Positions 39,565 to 51,880 of a stretch of DNA of 64,000 nt are shown here, piece after piece; within the stretch, counting starts at the first letter, position 1, and the number at the start of each line of letters is the position of its first letter. A program made the position numbers and the translations under genes. The notes under the pieces were generated by a model that saw only the letters and a program-made list of their open reading frames with translations, had not been told where the DNA came from and searched no databases. Source of the stretch: Vicugna vicugna (taxonomy: Eukaryota); NCBI GenBank assembly GCA_013265495.1, contig MU058636.1, positions 2,666,001 through 2,730,000 on the forward strand, in the 5' to 3' direction.

Positions 39565-41499
39565 AGCCTTAAGTTGGATTTCTGAGGGAGGGGAACTGGA
39601 TTAGAGTACTTGCCTTGGTCTGACGCAGACCAAGGAGATTATAGAGGGCAAGAGGCAAGGAAGGCTGGACTCAAGCCACCCCCCTGCCACTGTCCCCAGA
39701 TGTGCTGTACCTTTGCACATGTCCCATCCTTGTTGTGCCCTTTCCTTCTTGGTGATAGTTCTGCATAGTTCACACCTCAGCTCAGACTTAGCCTTCTTTG
39801 GTGAAGCCCTACCTGGCTCCTCTTCTGAGCTCCCAGAGAAATCTTTATCCAGACCTCTGGGCTGGCACCTGTTTCATTATCTTGTCACTACTTATTTACA
39901 TGTCCCAATAATTGGTGAATTTCTGGACATAGGATTTTGTCTTTCACCATGGACTCTCAGCAGCTAATACCATATCAAGTACAGTGGAGCCCTGCCCCCT
40001 GTAAAAACATATAGTGAATGAATAAGAGAATGCTTTGGATTTTTCAAGGAATAAATAGTTCAGAAAATAAGGAAGGGATGATGCAGCCTTTAGAGTAAAA
40101 CTGCAGGAAACTAACATGTGGGCACTTATTTGATACTAAATAGACCATGTTAGGGATTTTTTATTTATATAGGGAAAATGTTAGCTCTAAAAAGCACAAA
40201 TTTGTTGTGTTCTTGAGTTAATGTGAGAGTAAATTATTGGGTGGAATGAGACAAATAATCCAGACCATTTCCTTCATTTTGGCTTACCTAACTAAAAAAA
40301 CTGCCACAATGAATAAAGCCCGAATATCTATTTGAGCAGTTTCAAAAACACAAAGTGCTTTTCCCACCACGACTTACTTACTCACATTTTCTCAGTGCCT
40401 AATAGATCACACAGTGTCTTGATTCCCCAGGAGAACTGGATTATTTTCCTCCCACAAAACCATCATATGCAGAGCTTTTCTCATTTTGTTTCTAGCAGTG
40501 TATAAAGTGATTTCTCATTACTTGCTTATGACACGCCTGTTTATTATGTCTGGGAGAGAGAGGCACTGGGGAAAATGCGAAAAGATGACAGTAGGTTTCA
40601 AACTGTCAGGAATTCACTTAATCTCAAGGTTGACTTCATTTTCCACAGAGGAAGACCATGATTAGTTAGTACCAGTAACCAACTCATTTGTTTACAAATA
40701 TTTACTGAGTGGGTGGTTCTCGTGAGATGTAGGTCTTCCGTAGAAAGTTGTGCTCAGAAAGCGGGGTATATAAACTTCAGAGGTGGAGTTCTAGGTGGTG
40801 GCAAAGTCCAGGATGGTACCCAGGTGTCCTGAGTAAAGGTGCCTGGCCAGAGTAGCAGATGTCAAAGTACTGAAAGGCTGGGACGTCAGATGAGTTATGC
40901 ATGGGGTCATTGTCACTTACCAGGGTGATGGCAGGACCTGGGATAAAGAGGAAGGCCACGCCTAGGGGTAAGGGAGGGACAGTAACTGCGCTGTGGGTGA
41001 CCGCAGGGAACAATGTTAGAGTACGCCAGCCTTAAGTTTGGGACCTCAAAGGAAAAGGAGTTTTACACGAACATGGGGGCTTCACGTTCTAGTGGCGTAT
41101 TAGGTAGTTTGAAAGAGATCTCCTGACTTGAGAATAAGTTGGGTGAGGAGCAGAAGGACAGTGGCCATCATTTGAGAAGGTTGCTCTGAAAGCTTGAGGA
41201 TGAAGGTGGGAGACAGAGGTTATTTACCAAAGGCATAAGGAGTTCCACGTGGTGTGGGCTAATAGAGGAAGCTTAGGGCCAGGGATGGAAAGAATGCTGG
41301 GATTCACTGGCCTTCAACTTTAGAAAACCAATGCTCGAGCAAGGTCACAGCACCAAACAGAAGCCCTTCAGTGTCTGTGTTCTCCCGCCCTCTCCCCCCA
41401 GCTCTGCTCTGAGCGTTCCCGCCCTGCCCCCTCCTACTTCCCTTTAAACCCTCCAGGGAAGTCAGACTCCCCTGGATTCATTGTGCTTCCTACTAAAAG

Positions 41500-41965
41500 C
41501 AGGCAAGAGGTCTCACTGTGTATCGGGACTCACTGAGGCCACTGTGCAGTGAAATGCAAGCTAAAATGAGGTGTCATCAAGAATGTGTTCCATCTCTTGG
41601 CCCTTCTTTCCCCTCAGTTGGCTTCTTTTTCACAAAGGCTCCACGTTAAGACTTACATCTCACCAGCTTAGTCATCTATCAGAAAAAGAAATCTTTTCTA
41701 ATCATTCCAGCAAAATTCTCAAAGTAGGGCTCTCATTATCCCAACTTGGGTCTTGTGTTCATTCCCAAACCAATGTGCTCTGTCACACTGGTGTGATGCA
41801 GAGCTCTGATCGGGCAGGCTTGGTTCACATGCCCACCTCCAGGTCTAGGTGGGTCAGTCCCACCCAACCACGTGGGCCAAAAGGAGGGAAGGGTTGGTTC
41901 CCCAAAGGTCAGCACTGGTGCTGTTAAAAGAAGCTGGTCAGGCCAAACAAGAGACATCCACTAGA
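41500..41965 (-). mobile_element. MaLR solo LTR (MLT1J/K-like)
   Basis: ttccagcaaaattctc...ggctctcatt...cttgggtcttgtgttcattcccaaaccaat...gctctgatcgggcaggcttggttcacatgcccacc...ggttccccaaagg. Confidence 0.7.
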
Positions 41966-42129
41966 GGCATATCGTCTACACCGGGTGAAATAAGATAGGG
42001 AAGGCTGAATGCAGTCTAAGGAGTTCAAGGGGACTCAATGAAATTAGGGAAATCTTCCTAAATAAGTGACAGACTCTGAGGACTAATATAGGCCAAACAC
42101 TTAGTGCCTTTTTGGCAAGCAAAAAGAGG

Positions 42130-42287
42130 TTCTTCTTCTTCATCTTCGTCTTCATCTTCGTCTCCATCTCCTCCTCCCTCCTCTCCTCCCTCTCTTCTCC
42201 TTCTTCTTCTTCTTCTCTTCCTCCTCCTCCTTCCTCCTCCTCCTCCTTCTTCTTCCTCCTCCTTCCTCCTCCTCCTTTTTTTTTTGT
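42130..42287. repeat. (CTT/CCT)n polypyrimidine microsatellite
   Basis: ttcttcttcttcatcttcgtc...cctcctcctccttcctcctcctcctccttcttcttcctcc ending in a T run. Confidence 0.92.
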
Positions 42288-42305
42288 TCAGTTAGACAAA
42301 GAAGG

Positions 42306-42777
42306 TGTGATGGGCTAAATACTAGCCCCCAAACACACCCATGTACTAATCACTGGGACCAATGATTGTTATCTTATATGGCTAAAAGTACTTTCCCAAT
42401 GGGATTAAGTTAAGGGTCTTGAGATGGGGAGATTGTCCTGAATTATCCAGACAGACCCAGTGTATCACAAGGATCCTTCTAAGAGGAAGGCAGGAAGAGT
42501 TGGAGCAGAAGGAGATGTGATGTTGGAAGCAGAGATCGGAGTGATGTGCCTTGAAGACCGAGGAAGGGGCCACAGCCAAGGAAGGCTGGAAGCAGAAAAA
42601 AAGCAAGGAAATGGATCCTCCCTTGGAACCTCCAGAAGGAACCAGCCCTGCTGACACATGGCCCATGAGACTGATTTCGTACTTCTGACCCCTACCCTCT
42701 AAGAACTGTAAGAGAATGCATTTGTGTTGTTTTTCACCACTGAGATCGTGATCATTTGTTCCAATGGCAACAAACAA
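42306..42777 (+). mobile_element. MaLR solo LTR (MLT1D-like)
   Basis: tgtgatgggctaaatactagccccca...gattaagttaagggtcttgagatggggagatt...gcaaggaaatggatcctcccttggaacctccagaaggaaccagccctgctgacac...aagaactgtaagagaatgcatttgtgttgttt. Confidence 0.88.
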
Positions 42778-42899
42778 GTCTTCAGAGAGGGGAGGAGCTG
42801 AATTTGATGGCGATGAGGGGTGGGTCACGCAGACAAGGGAAAGATGGAGCCTTGCAGCCTAAGGGACAGCACAGATGGTGTTACGGAGCATCACACAGA

Positions 42900-43620
42900 G
42901 ACCACGATGTCACCTAGAGGTTGTCGGTCCACAACACAGAATTGGGGCTTCCTACTGAAGACCAGGAAAAGCTTTGGAAACTTTTAAAAGGAAAGCTGTG
43001 TGATTTGAAAGGTCGTTCTGGCAGCCATAGGAGGGTGAGTTGGCTAAAGGTGAAGAAGGTGAGAAACAGAGAAATGACTCAGGAGCTTTTCTTGGTTGTC
43101 CCAGCAAGAAATGAGGAGGATTTGGCTGCAGGAAACTGAGGATGGATAAAAGGCCAGATTCAGGAACCACTGACGAGGTAGAATCAGAAGGACTTAGTGA
43201 CTAGATGTGAGAGGAAGAGGAAGACGATTCTCTGGCTTCTGGTTTTAGTGATGAAGGGGACAACTGACCAGGAAAGAAAATACGGGAAGAGAAGAGGGTT
43301 TGAGAGGAAGATAATTTGTTCCCTTTGGGGCACGGTGATCTGGCCGTCCAGTAGGTAAGTGGTTATGCTAGTTGGCAGCTAAAAGTAGGCCTGGGTCTCA
43401 GGAGAGAGGTCTGTGCTTATCTGGATTGGAAATAATGGATTTTATAGTCATCAGTGTGTACAGCTCGGCGGTGTAAGCATGCTGAGTGGACTGGCTCATC
43501 CAGAAGAGTGAGTGGGAGAAGGTGGAGGCAGAATCCTGGGGCAGCTGTGCGAGGTGTGGGGAAGGGAGGAAGCAGCAGCGAGAGAGACGCGGGGAGAGCA
43601 GCTGGAGGGGCAGCAGGGAA
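42900..43620 (-). mobile_element. L2 fragment
   Basis: tgacgaggtagaatcagaaggacttagtgactagatgtg...ttctctggcttctggttttag...gtcatcagtgtgtacag, reverse L2 ORF2-region text. Confidence 0.6.
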
Positions 43621-43949
43621 ACCATGAGGCCAACACGCATTGCTGCAGCTCTCGGGGGTCTTAGAGTTAGATGAACGTTTATGATGTACTTGAAAACACT
43701 TAAGCTGAGTCTAGATTGCAGGAAAACTGCAAAAAGAACAGTAAGTCTTGGCTGATTGCTCTGACTGTCTGTGCCATCCAGAGCTCCCAGAACCACGCAG
43801 GAAGTTTCTGGGCAGCGCTGTGTTCCTGGGAGGAGGGAGATGGTGAAACTTTCGATCAAAATTACTATTGTAGAGGTGGTTGCACTAGGCTGGCTTCTCT
43901 CTTTATCCTTTCATAGAGCAGACAGACTGGTTTCAGTTTGATTTTGGTT

Positions 43950-44510
43950 TTATGCCTTTTGTTGTCTATTTTTTATTACAAAAGTAGTGTGTGTGATCAT
44001 TATTAAAAGAAAGAAATAATGCAAAAGCAAAAAAAGTAAAATCCAGTCGATCCTATTGCTTGGAAGTAACCCTTATTAAAAATATTTTAAAATTAGTAGA
44101 AGATCTCTCAGAATTTTTTTGTATATTTACAACTAGAATACAGATAATACTTTGTGTCATAAAAATGGGATAATAACTGCACATACTGTTCAACAACTAG
44201 CTTTGTAATTTATGTCTCACGGACGTCTTTCCATGCGGGTAGAATACAGAGCAACCTTGTTCTTTTTAATGGCGCCATTGTACTCTATTGATGGATATAC
44301 CATAGTTTATTCAACCCTTCCCCAGTGTGCACTTTGGGTATTTGCACTTCTTTATTATTGCGGATAATGGAGGAAGTGCCTTTGAACGTACATCTTTTCA
44401 CACTTGTTGAAGTCTTCTGAAGAGAGATCAGTAAACGTGGAATTGCTAGGTCAAGTCTATGAATATTTAAAATTTTTGATAGAAGCTGCCAACTAGCACT
44501 CCATGAAGGC
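43950..44510 (-). mobile_element. Ancient L1ME-like 3' end
   Basis: aaatgggataataactgcacatactgttc...ttctttttaatggcgccattgtactctattgatggatataccatagtttattcaacc...ggaattgctaggtcaa. Confidence 0.7.
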
Positions 44511-45241
44511 TGGATGGAAAATATTGAAACTCTGGGTAAATATTTATGCTTAGTTTTCCTTGAAAGTGTTGTGTTTAGTGCAGACTTTGGCCCTTAACAC
44601 TTCCCTCCTGAGCTCCTGAGAACCTGGGGGCCTTTCTGTATTGGTTGATACCTAAAACCTGGGCAGAGGGAGGGAAGAGAAGAGTCAGATGAGCCGTAAG
44701 TTGGATGCCCTGCAGGGCGGGGGTGGTGGCTTCAGTGGGGCGGAGTGGTAACTGGGCTTTCAGAAAGGACCCCAAGGACCCAGCCTTCTGTAGCCCCCAA
44801 GTGCCTGGAAAGGAGCCCAGTGGGAGAGGGGGACAGTGGGGCACTGACTGAATGGCCACACTGTCAGGGGGGGGTGGCCCTCTGGTTGAAGTTTATGTTC
44901 CAATGGGGAAGGTAGACAGTAGACAAACAGATGAGTGTGTAATACGATTTGGGTGGTGGTCAGCGCTGTGAAGAAGAATGAAGCAGGTGAGGGGGAGAGT
45001 GGCAGGTGGCGGGAGGGCTCGTTTACCTAGAGCGTCAGGCACCACCTCCCGGAAGATTATCACTTGTGAAGAGACCTGGAGGAGCAGATGAGTGAGCCAA
45101 GCCCAGGGTCTCGGGGTGGGGGGGGCACGTTCTGTACAGAAGGAACTCACGCTAACTTGCCCGGAATGGGAGGAAGTGTAGCATATTTGAGCATCAAGAA
45201 GGCTGGCAGTGCGGCTGGAGTGTGTGAGCAGGGCCAGAAGG

Positions 45242-45270
45242 GTGTGTGTGTGTGTGCGTGTGTGTGTGTG
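45242..45270. repeat. (TG)n microsatellite
   Basis: gtgtgtgtgtgtgtgcgtgtgtgtgtgtg. Confidence 0.9.
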
Positions 45271-45771
45271 TTAGTGGTTCTCCAGACACACAGAACCAAG
45301 AGATTTATACATTCATATATTTCATACATTTTATATATAGGAAAGAGTGTCTAAAGGATATATATTAATATATTTATAATATAGAATATATTTATTATAA
45401 ATAAATAGTAAACATATAAAGAAATTTATCATGAGGATTTGGCTCATGTGCTTCTGGAGGCTGAGAAGTCCCGAGACCTGCAGTCTGCAGGCTGGAGACC
45501 CAGGACAGCTGGTGGTTTAAGTTCCAGCGCAAGGGCAGGAGGAGGCTGACATCCCAGCTCAAACTGTCGGGCAGGTGACGTTCTTTCCCTCTCGTCCTTT
45601 TGTTCTACTCAGGCCTTCAACAGATTGTCTGAGGCCCCCTCCTGGGCGGGAAGGGCAATCTGCTTTACTCAGTCTGCTGATTCAAACGTGCATCTCATCT
45701 AGAATGACGTTTGACCGAATATCTGAGCAACCATAGCCCTGTCAAGTTGACACATAAAATGAACTATCACC
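45265..45771 (-). mobile_element. ERVL solo LTR (MLT2B-like)
   Basis: ggttctccagacacacagaacca...ttggctcatgtgcttctggaggctgagaagtccc...gggcaatctgctttactcagtctgctgattcaaa...gtcaagttgacacataaaatgaactatcac, reverse MLT2. Confidence 0.88.
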
Positions 45772-46377
45772 AGTGTCTGTGGTGTAGCCTGGGGACCAGT
45801 TCATCTGGCGCTGCCGGAGAGGGTGCTGTAGGAGGGCCGGAGTGGGAGCGGGGCAGGGGGGAGGCTGGGGAAGGGGGAGGGAGGGGGTCAGACCCGGGAG
45901 GTGTTCTTGGAGGAGATCCAGCAAGCTCTTCTGATGGGCTGAATTGGGGGGGTGAGGGGGGCAAAGAGACGAATCAAGATGACCCAAACAGTGAGTTCAC
46001 TAAGGAAAGATGAAAAGGCAGAACAGTGGGGACTTACAGAATTAGCAAAGGCATAAAAGAAGAAATGTGCATATAAAGTTGGAAGAACTAATAAATATTT
46101 AGGTTTCAGCAGAATATGGGGTATTTGGTGAAATGTCGGTGTGTGTTTGGCCCAAGAACAGTGAGTGAAAGGTGGGGCCGTTTACTGAGATGTGGAAGAC
46201 TCCAGGTGTATGTTCACTAAATGCACGAAGCATCGAGAGTAGGAGGGAAAAAAGTCCGGCAGGGAGATACAAAGGAGAATTTAGGCTTTAGAAGGGAAAT
46301 CAACAAGACTAAAACAGTTTGTCCAAAGGCAATAAAACAGAGAAGATGCTGGCAGGTGTGCAGGAGGAAGAGCAGAA

Positions 46378-46473
46378 GGCAGGTGCACGGGGTGGAGAGG
46401 GTGAGGCAGGGTGGGCGGTGTCAGGGGCAGGTGCGCAGGGTGGAGAGGGTGAGGCAGGGTGGGTGGTGTTGGG
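46378..46473 (+). repeat. G-rich tandem duplication, 2 x 48 bp
   Basis: ggcaggtgc(ac/gc)..ggtggagagggtgaggcagggtggg(c/t)ggtgt.. starts at 46378 and 46426. Confidence 0.88.
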
Positions 46474-46639
46474 GGAAGCAGTAGCCCAACCAGGCCAGAA
46501 AAGAAGAAGGAAAGAGAGGGAGGCAGAATCCAAACACCTGCCTCCCGCTCCAGTCCCTGGAATGATCCCTCCCACAGTCACACACAGACACACGTGTACA
46601 CTTGCACGTACATGTACGTATAAATAATCTATAATAGTG

Positions 46640-47480
46640 CTTTTAAAGCTGGAAGGGAAAAGTTGACATATTTGAATGTGTTAAAATTTTAAAACTACAG
46701 TACAATGAAAGGTTCTATAAATAAGTTGTAAAAAGTGAAAGGCTGAAAAATACAATTTACACGGCAGGCAAAGGCTTAATATCCAGAAGAAGTGAAGAGT
46801 TCTTACACAGCAATAAGAAGAATGGGCAAAGGGTTTAATCAGATGATTTTCCAATAAAGAAATGCACATGACTAATATGGAAAGACTAAGTGTCTGGCAA
46901 AAATTAAAATGATGGAGACTTCAGGGGGCATGGGGCATGTGGAAAGAATTGACCTCACATGCTTGGTTGGAAGTGTAAATTAGTAGCTCTTTTTGAAGGA
47001 CAACTGAGCTGTGTCTGGCAATATTGCAAATGAGCAGACTCTTAATCCAGCAAAACATGTCTATGCGTTCATCCTGTGAAGACACTGGTGCATGTGTACA
47101 AAGAAGCAAGCAGGAGAATGTTTATTGTAGCACATTTAGCTATTTTAACAGCTAAAACTTGCAGACAATCTAAAGGTTCATCAGCAGGAGAATGGGTGAA
47201 TAAATTATGTGTATCCTTTGCCCATTAACGTGGTGTGGCATTTTTTAAAAAGATCTATAAATACACTGATATGAAAAAGATCTTGAAAAGTGTGGGTAGG
47301 TAAAAAAGAAATGGCAATATGTGATTCATTTAGCTAATGAAGAGCTGTGTTTGTTTTTGTGTAGATATATTTATAAATACCTAGAAAAAGGTCTGGAAGA
47401 ATAAATGCCAAATTGCTGGCAGTGGTTATCTCTGAAAGAGGAGTGAGGTTGCAGGGAGTGGGGGCAAAGTGGGATATTTG
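46640..47480 (+). mobile_element. Ancient L1ME-like 3' fragment
   Basis: gaatgggcaaagggtttaatcagatg...gcttggttggaagtgtaaattagtag...atgtttattgtagcac...gaaaaggtctggaagaataaatgccaaattgctggcagtggttatctctg. Confidence 0.7.
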
Positions 47481-48315
47481 CGTTCTGCATCGAAGGAACC
47501 ACCGCCATCACCAAAGTTTATTTTTGACACGACACAATAAACTGGGCTGAAGTGGAGACAGGTCTAGGGACACCCAGGTCTGTGTTATTTCTCTGATCTT
47601 CCACCCACGGTTCTTTGACGTTCTGATGAAGGGGATGTGGAGGTGAGGGTCTGTGCCCAGCACACAAGGGAGAAACAGGGCTGTGCCTCGTATGCCCCTG
47701 AGCACGACTGAGGAGCTTCCACGTGGTGTTCTGCGCTCAGGTTGTCCCATTCTGGGGTGGCCGGCTCTGCCAGCAGGTCCCACAAAGCTCAGCTGCAGCG
47801 GAGAGAGAGCTCAGAGGCTCTCCAGGTCACCTCGATGGACCAGCTGTGTGGAAGTTAATTAGAGGCAGACCATGTCCCCGGGGGCTCCGTTCTCGTGATG
47901 CTGGAGTCATTAGCGGTTAGGTTCAGCTAAAGCTTCCTTCTCGTCTTCTGAAAACTTGTTTTGGCAGAAGGACGCCGGCAGACTGAATTGGTGGCCAAGG
48001 ATAGTACAATTTTAATTCCCAGAGAGTTTGTCAGGGCCATTGGGGTGCAGTGACCTCCGGAGACAGGGGCGGTTTTCATTAAATCAGAGACAGCAGTGTG
48101 CTTATTCGCCTGACCACTCACGATGAAATTCCCTTTGCTGTAAACAAGTGTGTCATTCCCGAAGCACAGGGGGTGGTGACTATAGCAACAAATCACCCAA
48201 ATATTATTTTGTTCTGTGCGCCTTTTGTTAAGCCTCTCTTTCCACAAACAATTTGTGTTAAGCATTTCGATTGTAACTCGCTCTCTTTCTTTCTCTCTTT
48301 TTAAACTATATATAG

Positions 48316-48414
48316 GAACAAAGAAAGAAGTACAAAAAGATCAAGATGCTAATAAACCTGCAGTTTCATCTCCTAAGAGAACAGCGGCTTCAGCCACCAA
48401 GCTTCATTCGCCAG
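48316..48414 (+). CDS. MTUS2: MTUS2 internal coding exon (99 bp, phase 1-1): (G)[32 protein letters not shown](G)
   Basis: Pyrimidine tract ctctttctttctctcttttt then ...tatatag| (AG 48314-48315); donor ccag|gtattt at 48415. Matches recalled MTUS2 [33 protein letters not shown]. Phase-compatible with both neighbours. Confidence 0.93.
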
Positions 48415-48939
48415 GTATTTAAGAAATGTGAGCTGTGTTATTTGAGGAAAAGACTTGAACTGGGAGTTTATTTTGTTCAGATGTCATCAGTGGAGTAACG
48501 CCAGCCCATGTGGTGTGTGCGACTATCCCAGGGCTTGATGTACACATACTGATGTGTTCTGACTCCAGCTGAAGTGAACTAGCTGTTGGCATCATTTTGT
48601 CTTAAAGAACAAAACGTTATTGTGCTCCGTTTAAGTGGTAGAATCTTCTCCGTGTGGGAGTATCTGCTATTCCAACAGCGTGTAAAATAATTTATAATTG
48701 AAAAATAGACTTTGGAGCTATAACCTCAGGAGAGAATATTTTCTAAAAAGAGAAACCATGGATTATCAATACTTGTTATTTTATTTATTTACAATTCAGA
48801 TATGGATAAGCCACATAAATGTCACACGAAAGTTGAAAATTATTTATTATGAAAATTCATATCGTAAGGCATCAACCCCTTTGTAGAATGGAATGCAGTA
48901 TAACCTCAGAACATTTTCTTTAAGCACAAAAATGGTAGC

Positions 48940-49150
48940 AACAATAGCAGCTAATGTTTGAGTTCCTCTTGTACGCCGGGTTCTCTCCTAAGCTCTTTAA
49001 ATGCATTTATTTAACGCCTACAGTAACTGGGAGACAGGTACGATTATTGCCTTTCCCTTTATGTGTGAGGAAATTGAGGTACAGAGATTTTCATTAATTT
49101 GCCCAAAGTCACAGGAAACTAGTAGTAGTCTTGGTTTGAACGCAGGCACT
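48940..49150 (-). mobile_element. MIR
   Basis: aatagcagctaatgtttgagttcc...gaggaaattgaggtacagagattttcattaatttgcccaaagtcacagg. Confidence 0.75.
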
Positions 49151-51434
49151 CAGAATCCCATGGCTGCACCCTGGGGTGCTGTCCAGCACTGTCCACTGCC
49201 CGCCTCCTGCAGGGGCCACGCCCTGTTCCTTGTCTCATCTCCGTGACATTGGACATTATTGATCGCTCCCTTTCTGAAACTTTCCTTAGGTAGCTTCAGA
49301 TGAGAAAATAAATCTGACCCTTCTTACTCCATCTTGGCCACAAGCAGCATAATTTTTAATATAGAAATTTAGCAATTGCAATAACACTATTGAACCACGA
49401 TTGTTTCACCCTTGGAGAAGGGAGACGTTCATATCTACCTTGATAAGTAGCACCTCTACTTCTTGTACATAATAAAGAAGTTTCCTGAAGATGAGACAAT
49501 TTTACATCAGTTTTTGTCTAGAGGGTGGGTTAGAGTAACACATCTTTTCATAGTCAGCTTTGGAAAGGCTGGTTTGTTCCTATGTTTTTCTGTTTTCCTA
49601 TCCGTCAAAATAGGAAGGAACCTGCTCCGTCTTTGGAATGGGAAAGGCAGACCTCTCCTTTCTAGAAAACTTAGTCTGTGGCCAGGTGCTGCCCCGTTTG
49701 GTAACTCCTGCCCTCACCCATGCTCAGGGCTGGCTGGAAGGAAGTCTCCTCCCCTTGTGCCGTCTGTCCACTCCTCCTCCCACACCCCTCCCCTCCCCGC
49801 CGGCTAGGCAACCCCGGCAAACAAGTGCCAGTGCTAAATCAGAAGTACTAAGTACTAAGTGTGCTGCTGGGCAGAATTTTCTGAAATTCAGATCAGTTTA
49901 AGAAAAATAAAAGCCTGCCCGAGACAGCAGAGAACTCGGCACGTGTGCTCCCTGCCAGTCTGCAGGGAACAGACCTCCTGTCGGCTACGACGTTTTCCAA
50001 ACTCACGAAGTGCTTTTCCTTAAACTGGAGGCCTATCAGAGTTGTGTCCTTTCATTCTTTTCTTTCCTGTTTACAAGTGTTAAGGTCGTGGGCCTTCTCT
50101 GAGATCGTAAATATGCAGGTCCTGAAGCTGCACAGCTTGCTTGTGATCATGTCAGATGAGCTTCCAGCTTTAAAATTAAGCCACGCTCTAACATCCGTCA
50201 GAATCCTCTGGATGGTGACCAGATGACTGCAGATGAATTTTTAATGCCCTCTTTCCATTTTTAAGGGCTGCATTCTTCCTGATGCTCAGCCTTTGCACGC
50301 AAGCACATTTATACGGCTACTGGCTCTTTCCTTTGAGCCTCTGGCTGTCGCTGGGATCGTCATAGATACCCTCTGCCCCCAGTCAGATTACACTGCCAAG
50401 AGGATGGTCAAAGAGGAACTGTGATTGGAGCAGGACCGAGGCGAAGGGAAGGCCTTCTAGATGTAGGTCTGCCCCCAGACCCGTGAGACCTGGTGGAGAT
50501 GCTGCAGGGTGGATTGGTGGCGCTCCAGTGGTGACACCCCTGGAGAGGGGTCAGAAAACCTGAAACCCAGACGCAGCTGGGCCCCTCCTGACACCAGCTT
50601 GCCTCCAGGCAAGGGCGGGCCTTCTTCCTTTGCATGTCCGCTGGTCTCCCACACGTCATTCACAGAGCCGTGCTCAGTAAAAGTTGTTAGATATTTTGAT
50701 CCCCCGCAGAACACATGACATGAAGTGCACGTGTGAAATCAGCTCTGTCTGAAGGTCATGGCAAGACACTGTCTAGGTATTTCTGTTCATACAGTTCACA
50801 TTGAACACCTGCATTGAGGATGAGTCTCATTAATAGTTGAGAGGTTTATAGGGCCAGAGAGTTAAAAAAATAACTAGTACCTTTGCTCTTTCACTTCATT
50901 TAAAAACGCCGCAGCCATCGCTAATCCCCTTTGTGAAGGTCTGTATTCATTAATAGCAGTTTCCTGGTTTAACTGGATGGAAATCAGGATATTGCAGGGG
51001 ACCAGAGCTTTGATTTTTGTGGAAAGAGACTTAACAGAGTCTGCCTGGCTGCAGAGAAGTCAGTAGCATGCCTGCTTGCTTTGAACCTTTGAGCTCTACA
51101 GAAGCAATATGGAAACCACAAAGAACAGGGAAGGAGAAAATAAAATCTTCCAGCACCTGGAAGTGTCCTCGGGGACATGGCATGCCCCTTGTTTAAAGTG
51201 TGCATGGTGGCTGTTCCAGAGAAATATGGGTGTGAGAGGTCACAAGTGAGTGACCATCACTACCATCATCCCAGTGCTGACCGTGCTCTCTACTAGTTCC
51301 ACGTGATCATGGGCATCTGGAACTTTCTGTGGCATGGTCCCATTAACCCCTTACTTCCTAAGAAAGTTTGTATTTTAGCTTCATTATTGTGCTGGCTTTT
51401 AAGAAAAAAACAGTAGGAGCAAGCAAAATCCTTT

Positions 51435-51880
51435 TCAAGAATGAAATAATGCCATTTGCAGCAACACGGATGGACCTAAAGATTATCATACTAAGTGAAG
51501 TAAGTCAGACAGAGGAAGACAAATGTCATGTGATATCACTTATATGTGAAATCTAAGAAAATGAGATAAATGAACTTATTTACAAAATAGAGACTCACAG
51601 ACATAAAAAACAAACTTATGGTTACAGGGGGAAGGGCCAGGGAAGGATAAATTAGGAGTTCAGGATTTGCAGATACACATGAGTATATATAAAATAGATC
51701 AACAACAAGGTCCTACGTACAGTACAGGGAACTATAGTCACTATCTTGTAATGGCCTATAATGGAAAAGAATATATATATATATACACACACACATAACT
51801 GAATCACTATGCTGTACCCCAGAAACTAGCACAACATAGAAAATCAACTATACTTCAATAAAAAAATTTTTTAATTTTTG
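51435..51880 (+). mobile_element. Young 5'-truncated L1 3' end with TSD
   Basis: aagaatgaaataatgccatttgcagcaacacggatggacc ([17 protein letters not shown]2 end) to ctatacttcaataaaaaaa; TSD aaatccttt at 51426-51434 and 51881-51889. Confidence 0.92.

Noticed and set aside
42104..42318. Poly-Ser/Pro/Leu/Phe ORFs
   Set aside because: Translations of the CTT/CCT microsatellite.
46606..46619. 14-bp palindrome acgtacatgtacgt
   Set aside because: Lies in a decayed CA/TA dinucleotide tract, where short palindromes arise easily.
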